Positions 54,050 to 64,000 of a DNA stretch of 64,000 bases are shown here, one piece after another. The first letter of the stretch is position 1, and each line of letters begins with the position of its first letter. The stretch is from Lingula anatina (lineage: Eukaryota; Animalia; Brachiopoda): NCBI GenBank assembly GCA_051362555.1, contig CM120642.1, positions 18,538,001 to 18,602,000 of the forward strand. Direction: 5' to 3'. Made by a program: the position numbers and the translations under genes. Under the pieces are notes generated by a model. That model was not told where the DNA came from. It saw only the letters and a program-made list of their open reading frames with translations, and searched no databases.

Positions 54050-55570
54050 TGCTGGCGATCCGGCAATCTAGCAATACACGAAAGTTGAACTGAACAGGAT
54101 GGCTAAAATTAATTCACAAATTCTTTACAGAATATTCTGAATTTATATTTAAACAAAGATCAGCAGAGAGTGTGGTGAAAGTAGTGGTTGAAAACACTTT
54201 GCTTGTAAAACCAACTTTAAAAACTGTACCAAGAAAATTTTTTTAAAAAATCAGCCATAGCAACAAAATTAACATTTTCTTATCTTTCTATGTACTGAAG
54301 ACCATGTGTAGGAGATATGGACTATGAAAGCACTTTATCTGTGAAAAAATGAAAACATTTGCAAAAACAATTAAATTTCCCACTGGTTTCTATAGTAATT
54401 GAATCCCAAGTTCCAATCACCGTAGCAACAAAGTTAACATGGGTACCTATCATTTTTTAAATCGAAATATGGATGCAGTAGCGTCAACTATACATGTAAA
54501 ACAATTAAGAAAAATCTGTCAGACAGAAATATCACAGGGACATTACCTTCAGCAAAGTGGCGAACCAGTTAATCCATTTGGATGCTCTTCAGCCTTTTTT
54601 TGTTTAAACTTGCTTTTACAGTCAATGTAGACCTTTCGTTTGTTGGGCATGACTGAATGGATCCCAGTACTTGACCTCTGTGCTGGTAGTTCAATTTTTT
54701 AAGTGTACTACTTTTACCCCAACTTTGTTGTCCCTTTTAACTACTAGTATATAATTTATTGTATATCATTTTTGTTGCCGCTTATTTTACTTATTTTGAT
54801 AAAAGTGTCTGAAATCTGCCATTAGTTGTAATATCATTGTTATTCTTATGGGAATAAGATTGCGTTTCACCGTCTGTAACCAGCGATAGAGCCTACATAT
54901 TTCATTAATCTTTGGAAACGCTCAAACAAGTAGATACCAGTACTCGTATTCTGCAGAAAGAAACTAAAATTTTATGCGGTAAAAAAAATCTAAATAAATG
55001 TTGTATGTACAAATATTTAAAAAAAAAAAACGTGTAACTCACCCATTTGTCTTAACGACAGCAATGCCTGCGTAGGCGCGTTTGGCCTGGGTGAAACAGA
55101 GATGCCGTTTTTCAAAGCTCTACAAAGAAATGCAGAGACTCAACAAAGAATGGGGTGAACAACCGACTGTATGCGAGACAATTTAAGAACCTCTGGATAA
55201 TAACATGTTAGTGTAATTGTCAGTTATCTTACCATCACCAGAAACGTTTATTTGCCGAGTAGAGCCGAACTTTAATCATACAGTTGCGAAGATGGTTTGC
55301 ATGTGATGCATATCTGAATTTCTATCACTTAATCAAATTACAGGATAGGTCTATACATTCATATTTAATGACGTTTAATACCCGACGCTTCACGGTGTGC
55401 TGAGCTTTTAAAATCTTTTCCACTGGGTAAGTACAGTATATTATGTAAAGTTATAAATGGCCTTTTTCAGTTGTATGGCTGACTGTAGAAGTTCTTGGTC
55501 CGACTCGTGATTTCCGTATGGTTCAAATTTCCAACAATCCAAAACACATTTTATTGAAAGTCTCCGTCGC

Positions 55571-55573
<3 letters not shown>

Positions 55574-55624
<51 letters not shown>
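55574..55624. repeat. (AT)n microsatellite
   Basis: Direct reading. Confidence 0.9.
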
Positions 55625-55627
<3 letters not shown>

Positions 55628-56963
55628 AATTAACAGGAAACTGCTTCTAATAATTTTTCTCACGCCAGCTTACAGTTTGCGGTTTATAAAAGATGACAAT
55701 ATGCCTATGGTTTTTTTTTTCTTGGACCTAATTCAGAATGGCTGTACACGATCTCGTCTCCCTAGGGAGGAGGATATTTGTCTAGTGATGAATCTAAAAA
55801 ACACTCTTAAATTTATCAGTCGATGACAGGTGGCAGCAAAACGTTGACAGCCTGACAAAAGCTGTGATTCGTTTTTTTTTCTTATTTTTCTTAATTAGTG
55901 GTTCTTCAATCATTTTTTTTTTTTTTGCATCAGAAGTTTTTTTTTCATTACTTTTGTAACTTTTTATAGACGACAGTAAAAAAACGGTTTCAATACTTTT
56001 CAACCATGTTTTAAAAGGTGAAAACAGTGCCTCCTATTCACTGCACTCCTTTATTTGTCTTTTAAAATTGATTTTGTATGATGAGGTGCAGCAATCTTTG
56101 TCATTTTAACTTTTTTTTTACTCTTGACTTTCAATGCATTATGTGTGATAATCTCAACTTTATCTTTTTTTTTCATTTTGGTCATTTAATGTTTGGAGGG
56201 GTTTGGGAAACAAGTTATTAGAAAACCCTTACATGCAAAATGGGGCCTCTTACGATTAGCATACCTGCCATGATAAACAATCAAGGATAATAATAGCAGT
56301 TATTAAGGAAAAGCCTTCGTCCTATATGTATCAATTACAAAACAAGCGAAGAGTGAAATAAGCAGCATTTAAGTTCTCATGGTCGGAATCGATTAATGGA
56401 AAGAAACTGTGATAGAGACAAAGCTGTGCTGTCGCCAGGGGGTTTTACCTTGAAAGGGCACGAATGATATTAAATATCAACAGTATTAATATCACAGTTT
56501 TAAAGCTTATTGACATATCGACACAAAGCGCGCTGGTGTAGTGTACGTGACAGTCCCCCAGTAATCCATGATCCTGTTCCCACTAATGTGTACAACCAAG
56601 CCCCCGCTTAAGTCACACTGACCCTGCCTGTAAAGATCTAATGGAGGACGAACTCTTTTTTTCCTGGACCCCCAGTTTCTCTACACCATTATTTTTCTCA
56701 GGTAAATTTTCGCAACTGGCAGTCTACCAATAAAGTGAGCCTATGGTCACGTTGACAAACACATGCTTTTGGAGTTAAGTCGCGTAATTTCCTGCCTGCT
56801 TTGTCGCTGGAAATCTGCTAAATCTTTTTTCTCTCAATTAAACGCATCGTAATTATGAATCAAATACTAGGATAGGCTACGGCAGTTTAATAAAAGTAGA
56901 GCAGTTTCTACCAGGCACGTAGGAATCGACACGTGTCCGCCAGCCCCCCTCCCCCCCTCCCCC

Positions 56964-56994
<31 letters not shown>

Positions 56995-57085
56995 ACACAC
57001 CTGCGAAGGAGATATCTATACTGGGGCCAAGGGACACTGTCCAATTCCTTTAGCAAAACATATCCTTACATAAGTCTTTGAAATA

Positions 57086-58312
57086 CAGACTTGACATTTA
57101 ATATGGAATATTTTTTTCCAAATCACTTTTCATCAAATTTTTCCTATTTAGCTGACTGATATATGAAAATAGGGATTAAAATCGTGTTTTAATAACTTGA
57201 AATGATCTCTTTGATGTCATTGTGACATCAGTTCATTAATTGAATTCGCCAGTGAAGCAAACAAAAATACATTGCCTATTTTATGTCATACAACAACCAT
57301 TAAACTCGGTATTTTGGATCTCCATATTTTACAAATTATCGTCTGTAAAAGAGTTTTGTCGCACGACATGTAGGCCGTTGATTCGGCTAGTAATGGCCTA
57401 CCCACATATTCTCTATGTGGTTCAAATTTGGCGATATTGATGACCAAGGTGGCAGCTCATTCTGCTGGTTCTGTAAGTTATCTGCTAACAAAAGTGCTCT
57501 GTGTGAACCGGCACTCTCACCGTGCTACCCAAAATTGTTCCTAAGGCGCCTCCTATCAAATGATAGTCAAGTGGTCCCCATATCATTCCTTTATTTGATC
57601 TGGTTCAGGTTTTCATAGATGACTACTATTATTATATTGGTGTTTTGGCACCAATGTGGTATCCAGTCCAAATACTGACGCTGTCAATGACCCTAGTCAC
57701 TTTAGACTCGGCACACTCTTCATCATAGGCCTCATTCTGAACGGACTGGGTGTTTTTGTTTAGTTGCAGCACCATATCCCGAAAGACAGTGAGTCCTGTA
57801 CCCTGGTGGTAAGATTTTGATACATTGGGTGTGGCCTCTGTGTAGGTACATCAGTCTGGGCATTTCTCTATAAAACTGTGCGGACCGTTCTGTTTGGCGC
57901 AATAATCTGTCTGGCAATGTGTGTCTTTTTAGCACCATTCTACCACGGATAAATATTTTTTAAAACACCACTTAGTCCATTTTACGCACTGCAAAACCGA
58001 CCGCTTGCTAAAAAATTTCAAATTTTTTCATGCAATAGTTGCCGACATATGGATACTTTTTTGACAGAACCATGTTTTGGCACACCCAAGCATCGACCAG
58101 TCCAAAGGGGCACTACCCAATTAAATCATTGCATAATACACAATACAGAAGTGCAATAGACATGGTAGTCAGTTCATTAGTAGCGACACACCTGACTACA
58201 CACTTCTCCATTTACATATCTTATATGAGATCGGATTTCTTTGAAAAAAGAACGCATCTTTACCAAGGCATACCTTCGAAACTAAAATATTCCATATTAA
58301 AAGTCAAGTCTG
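57086..58312 (+). mobile_element. TA-flanked DNA transposon, copy 2 (internally deleted)
   Basis: Same TIRs as 42984-44644 and a colinear interior, but lacking two internal segments. Confidence 0.8.
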
Positions 58313-59533
58313 TATGTCAAACTATATGGTTTTTTTTTCTGTATTGTCAGCCCCCAAATCCCCGTTCCTACACATTTACCACTTGAATTTTTCTTCCTAC
58401 ATTCCTTAAAGCATCTCAGGAATCATGGCAAGCTTTTTTTATTTACCCCTCGTTTTCTTTTACCTTCACTTTTTTACTTTGCATCTATCGTAGCCTTTTT
58501 CTTTCTTTGTCAATTAAATACGGTTTGCATGTCTAGAAATGACAAACATTATCTAAAGAAACAAAATTCTTTTATTCTAATAGAAATACCGGAGTTTGTA
58601 CATGTCATCAATTCATTACTACGAATATATTCTAATAGAAAAGTCAAATCGTTTGGTTTCTTAATCTAATGCTTAGTAATGTAATACAACATTTAAAAAA
58701 GATTTTTTTTAAAAATACGCGTTTTCACAACGTTTTTGTGATAAAAACCTTGCCTTTATATTCAAACAAGTATTGAGAAAGCACCATGCAATTTTGAATT
58801 ACTATGACGATAAACGCTTTCATTTTCATATGATGTTTTTAATGCGTCCTGGTTTCCTATATTTTGTTTGCATAATAATGATAATAATAATAATAAATAT
58901 TTTAAAAAATACAATGACTGAATAAAAATTAAAATAAGATTAAAAAGTGTAAAAAAAATAAAATAAAAGAATTGGTTAAAATTAAAGTTTCAATTCTAAA
59001 TTAGATTATTTACCTTGGATTTACAACACAAATGAGATAGAGTGCAGTACACCTGGGAATCTCATAACAATACTGTGTCTATTGCGAACTTACAACTAAA
59101 AGAGGAAAATAACTTAGTATGTACAGAAAATATCAAATAAGAATAAAATAATAGTGTATAATACAATTAAGTCTACCCTGTAGGTGTTTATCCGACGTAA
59201 AGCAGAGAAAATAATGTCAGTTTAACTTGTTTCTCACCTAGATTTAAATAGAGAAAGATCCAGAGTTGAAACAGAACAGACAACAATTTTGTTGGTGAAG
59301 AATACAATCTCTTGTCGCCTCTGCATTTACCATTCAAAATAAAACTTACGGTAATCTCATACAGCATTGTCTTAATTGTTAACCGTGTGACATATTCACT
59401 TGAAATGTACCAAATAACATTGCCAACATCATAGTCATTTCAGAATAATGAAATTCAAAGTAAAAACAATAAACTGTCAACGCACCCTTTTTGTTTATAT
59501 TGGCAGTGCGTCGCCCTCTTCACTGCATGGCGT

Positions 59534-60703
59534 TCACGGCGTGGGCGTGGCATGCAACGGTATGCCATTCGACTCCCTCGGTTCAGGAACAACGCAGCAC
59601 GGGAACAAAGTCTCCATAAAAACCCTCCTAAATCGCTTCCCGGCGACGTAATACACCCAAAAGTTCAAGGCATGGTTGATCAGAGCGAGGCAGATGGCAG
59701 TCTCGAGCGCGTACTGAAAGTTGTCTTGCGCCACCACGGAAAAGAAGGGGCGAAAGGGGTTTATAATGTGTGTCAAACACAGAGGTAGCTGGCAGACAAT
59801 GAAGACGAGGACTACCACCACTAACATGATGTTGGTGCTTCTGGTCGAGGCTCTCTGGCCAAACAGGCGCTTGCCGTTTTCGTCCATCTTGTGCAGGGAG
59901 GCCAATAGGTGGACGTTGAAGTACCCCACCATAATCAGGGGGATTACGACGATCTCCAGGGTATGCCAGACGATACGGTAGGCGTACACATACACGGGAT
60001 CCCGCCCAAAATCTGTGAATACGACCGAAAGTTGTTTCTCGACCTTTCCGCACGAAGGGTGACAGCGCGAATCGATGACTGTCAGAACTTTCAGTTCCCA
60101 GAAGCGGGGCAAGCCGAAGGCGATGGCGAGGACGAAGACGGCAATGATGTGCTTTTTGGTCTTGGAGAGGGTGCAGAGCAGTTTAGCTCTAAACGGATGG
60201 CATATGGCAATGAACCGCTCAAGTCCTACGAGAACCACGATCCAATTAGCTAACGCCAGTAGGATAAAGAAGACGGGATAGGAGTACGGGATGCTTTCGG
60301 CTATAAATACCATGTACTTCTCCAGCAGCGGCGTGGATTTGATCATGGTAAGATTCGGAACGCAGATGAAAAACAGGCAATATATTAGAATGAGGGAATC
60401 TGCAACAGCCAGCGTTTTGAGTAGAAGAAAGGTCGAGGTCATCGTTCTGCCACTTTTCCGGAACACCACAAAGGAGAGTGCATTGCCAGCCAGCCCCAAA
60501 ATCGAACAGGGCAGAAGTATAGCAATGTTCAACACGTACCGAAACATTCTGTAACTGTCAGAAAACGACTGAAAATATTCCGTTTCAAAGAAAGTGTCTT
60601 TTGACTGGATTGAACAGTTACAAGCTTGTTGTGTGTCCACTACGCCATACATAATGGGATTGAGACGAGTAGAGGTGTTACTTTCCGCTATCCCGCTTTC
60701 CAT
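59534..60703 (-). CDS. Class A peptide GPCR, FMRFamide-receptor-like, intronless CDS
   Basis: 389-aa ORF with 7 hydrophobic segments and the motifs GLAGNALS, LAVAD, LERFIAICHPF, FIVCQLP and INHALNFWVY (NFxxY variant). Confidence 0.9.
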   Translation of the reverse strand: MESGIAESNTSTRLNPIMYGVVDTQQACNCSIQSKDTFFETEYFQSFSDSYRMFRYVLNIAILLPCSILGLAGNALSFVVFRKSGRTMTSTFLLLKTLAVADSLILIYCLFFICVPNLTMIKSTPLLEKYMVFIAESIPYSYPVFFILLALANWIVVLVGLERFIAICHPFRAKLLCTLSKTKKHIIAVFVLAIAFGLPRFWELKVLTVIDSRCHPSCGKVEKQLSVVFTDFGRDPVYVYAYRIVWHTLEIVVIPLIMVGYFNVHLLASLHKMDENGKRLFGQRASTRSTNIMLVVVVLVFIVCQLPLCLTHIINPFRPFFSVVAQDNFQYALETAICLALINHALNFWVYYVAGKRFRRVFMETLFPCCVVPEPRESNGIPLHATPTP

Positions 60704-63152
60704 ACTGTATCCTGCCTTTTGAAACGTCGTGGTATTCGGATAATTGTGGATGGATCAACTCTGTCAAGCAGCGTTACGTTACGTTAAGGTCGCCGTCACA
60801 CTGAATTGTCAGCGTAAATAAAAGTCAATTATCACGTCAACCGTAGTCCTGTAATTTGTGTAATATTCGAGCACTGTGCGATTAATCGATACCAAATGAT
60901 ATGCAATCGCTGTTGAAACTGAGCGGCAAAGTACTCTGTTCTTGCGACTGTTTGAGGACTCTTATATACGCCATGGAAACGTATGTTCACTAGCATTATT
61001 TGCGCAGAAATGTCACAATTTTGCCGCTTACACAAACTCTCCACGTGCTGGTGTCAAGATCTCTCACAATCTGGGAATTTTATTCAACGCATACACTTTG
61101 CAACGTGACACACGTGCTGATATTACCGTAAACTGTTGTTCTTTGAATTAACAGTAATCCGCATTGATTTGCCAATCTTGGTTTTCCCAGGACCCTGAAC
61201 AAGTCCTGTTTCAGAAAGTTGTTCAAAAACTGAGAAAGTGGCTTTTATTTCCTGCATAGCGGTTTTCGAAGAAATTGACCAATTAACTTGAGACATTCAT
61301 CGAAGGTTCAAGTTGGTGCCGACAGGATGTCCACTGACACTTGATCTTAGTGGTAATAGTGGTTCTTTGTGTTAGAAAGGCAGAATTAAATGTAATTTTA
61401 AGCATCGCAAGAAAATATAGTCAACATCGGAAGAGAGTAGTCTTGTAAAAGTAACACGAAAGATTGCTCTTATGCAAAAAAAAAAAAAAAAAAAAAAGTT
61501 ATAGAAGCAAAGTAATAAGGGGAATATGTGTAAAATTGTTCTGTCATTAATCAAGCTATTTTCTAGGTGTAATTTACCTGTTGACGGCTGAATTCGAAGC
61601 TAATAGACGCATTACATGTACCTTGTTTAATTGTGTTCGAGTTCTATTACGACAGAATGTTCATGATACGTATATCTCACTCTGTCAACAAATCTATCAA
61701 CCGTGGCAAACTGATTTTATATGCGTCTAGGTAATCTGCTAGTTAATTGAAAGCTGTTTTTGTTCACTTTTTTACGTTTTTTAAAGCATGCTTTCGTCAA
61801 CGGCAATGAAGTCAGTCTACTCGAATTGGCTCTATGCGGTTTTTTTTTTTTAACTAACAGAATGTTATTTAATCACTTCAAAAATACAGCAAGTGCCATA
61901 TAAGAGCAAAAGACATTCTATATGCGCAAAGTGAGAGAGCAAGCATATCGTTTACATACCCACCGCTTTGTATTCAATGTGCCTCCCTCATACTGTGTAT
62001 CAGAACTAGTATCTTGATCAAACATACGAATGAACAGTACCAAAACTGGGGCGATCGATGACTGGACATATTCACTGTCCATGTGCATATAAAGATAAAA
62101 ATCACTAGTGTACATGTATAAACCACTCTAGTTTAAGTTTGTGGGATTGATGGGGTACAATCACAAACAACTATACTACGCAATAGACATGATTTTCTAA
62201 TCTTATACATTTTTCAACGTTCCCAACGTACACCCCTCACTTTTACACTATACATAGGCTAGACTGCGAAAAAAGTGCATGTCATCATTTTAATGTTTAA
62301 AACCAACTATCATAGTATCAAGTAATAAGGTTACAATTTGTTCACATCTGCATTCTTAGTCAGACACTCAGAGGAAACGCCATACATTAGAGCAGGAAAC
62401 GGTGCCATCAGCGAGAGCGTGAAACGTTTTCGTAAATTCTGGAAATATCGATTTTGGTATTACATAGCGCTGGCCCAAGAAGCTTGTGCGACAATTTTCT
62501 CGGTTAAAGAAGATTCGATTATGGAGCTACTTTGTTAGCTGCGCAATGAAGTCGTTTGCACGCGACAATTAAATACTGGATTATAACTGAGTCAATTACA
62601 AAATGTGCAAAACGATTTAATCCGTTTACACCGCACAAAATGAATGTTTTTTTTTTCTTTTTAATTTTCAGAATGAGCGTGATTCACTTTCAATAAACTG
62701 ACAAATTCTGTAAACCATAATATATTTTAAAACAAGCAAATATGAAAATTTTGAAATGCAGACTGCTGTATCATGTAAGGTCCAGCCCCCCTCTCCCACC
62801 CCACCCCCCCTCCTCTTTAAATAGTGTTATGACGATTACAATGAATACGGTTATTACTTGAATTTTTCAAACGGCTCGTTTTTTGCCTGTGTTTTATTTT
62901 CATCAGGCCTATGTAGGCCTATCATTTTGAAGACCCTCACAATGTAGGCTACATCTGACATAAAGCCATCTAACATTTTCGAAACTTTTAAACCAGCATA
63001 TTCATATAAAACATTACTAACGATAAAAATTCGGGAAAATAATCAATTGCTTTTGTTAGAATTTATTAAGAAACTATCCAAGGTGGTCCTATTACTGAAA
63101 TTCAATTTTTCACAAATGCGTCAATTTTTCTACTTCGTCACTGTTCTAATTG

Positions 63153-63270
63153 TGACGTCATTTTTATTTATTGTATGGAGTGTGACGTCTTTGAACGTTA
63201 CGCCATCTTCCACAAATGACGTAGTGTCATACTGTATGGTGTTTGTTGACGTCATAACCACCATAGCAAC
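63153..63270 (+). promoter_or_regulatory. CRE array plus X-box-like half site upstream of the ATG at 63302
   Basis: TGACGTCA at 63153, TGACGTCT at 63183, TGACGTAG at 63217, TGACGTCA at 63247, and CCATAGCAAC at 63261. Confidence 0.45.
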
Positions 63271-63301
63271 TAAACGCGCCCTGAAGAAGTAAACAAACAA
63301 G

Positions 63302-63731
63302 ATGAATGACAAACAGTACCATGGTTTGACGACATGTGATCCGGAAAACGCTTGGTCTTTAATTCGGCGCGAGGTTGGATGTCAGTTAGTTGGTAAGACA
63401 AGTAATTTTGGATTTTGTGTCTTCACATAAATTGTGAAAACACACTTAGACATAAGGTTAATATGTGGCACGTTATGGGAGTCATAGATATAGGCTTAGG
63501 CCTAGACTAAGCCCTATTATAAAATTGTATTGCCAATAACTATGAGAAAAAACGTGACTGTAGATCTAGTGGCACCAAGGGTGAGAGCTGAAAAGAAAAG
63601 AAAACCCCATACGTCGATTTCAGTAAAATTTAACGCTGCAGAACAGTCCATCTAATGCTTCCTTTTCGAAAAGGTAGGCCTAAATCTATAGTTATCTACA
63701 GTGAAAACTAACTTCAACAAAAAATAACTTC

Positions 63732-63791
<60 letters not shown>

Positions 63792-64000
63792 AAGGAGAAG
63801 ATGCAGTGGCAGTGCCGTTTTTGTCCGAGGCCCAGGAATACGAAGCTCTTCATATACTCGTCAAAGAGCACCGAGGAGCCATCGAGAAAATCACTCGGAA
63901 AGTTCCGTGTCTGCAAGAGATCGGGCATCTCCGGCATTTTCTTGACATCCGGTCCAACAGTGGGCTAATGGATACCCCCACCCAGAAGGTCGCTGCAGAT
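63302..64000 (+). CDS. Uncharacterised protein, first two exons (3'-partial)
   Basis: Exon 63302-63392 (acaagATG...G|gtaaga) splices in phase 1 to 63795-64000 (after poly-T...gaag) and stays open to the window end: MNDKQYHGLTTCDPENAWSLIRREVGCQLVGEDAVAVPFLSEAQEYEALHILVKEHRGAIEK... Confidence 0.55.

Noticed and set aside
59448-60554. Several plus-strand and alternate-frame ORFs over the GPCR
   Set aside because: They are shadow ORFs of a GC-rich coding region with no recognisable motifs.
63047-63292. Type II membrane protein-like ORF (MRQFFYFVTVLIV...)
   Set aside because: It stops at 63292 and has no donor giving a compatible open frame into the 63795 exon. It overlaps the CRE array. Not fully excluded.
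63692-63937. Minus-strand ORF followed by a long A-run, read as a retrocopy or poly-Lys protein
   Set aside because: The minus frame is closed upstream and no TSD is visible. The T-run fits better as the polypyrimidine tract of a plus-strand acceptor at 63795.

Overview
This is intron-rich, AT-rich animal genomic DNA, probably from a marine invertebrate; it is not prokaryotic and has no CRISPR array, rRNA or tRNA. Hand-splicing gives eight protein-coding loci. (1) The 3' part of a large mosaic extracellular protein on + (FN3, three Caspr/neurexin-IV-type fibrinogen/COLFI-like domains, F5/8C discoidin, SUEL lectin and a WSC-like cassette exon inside the third fibrinogen-like domain). (2) A two-domain Ly6/quiver-like GPI-anchored protein on -. 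(3) MCMDC2 on +. (4) A Tim8-like small Tim on -, head-to-head with (5) a CNBD2-like cyclic-nucleotide-binding protein on +. (6) A Cys-rich protein with an AbfB/CBM42 domain on -. (7) An intronless FMRFamide-receptor-like GPCR on -. (8) The start of an unknown gene at the right edge, behind a regularly spaced CRE array. Introns and intergenic DNA hold several non-autonomous DNA transposons (Harbinger-, Academ-, Kolobok- and Tc1/mariner-like), MITEs, a 34-bp minisatellite and microsatellites. All exon models and family calls were made by eye from GT-AG sites, frame continuity and remembered motifs; no database search was run. The most unusual features are the domain-within-domain exon, the AbfB fusion protein and the foldback-like element with a periodic YY1-like motif.
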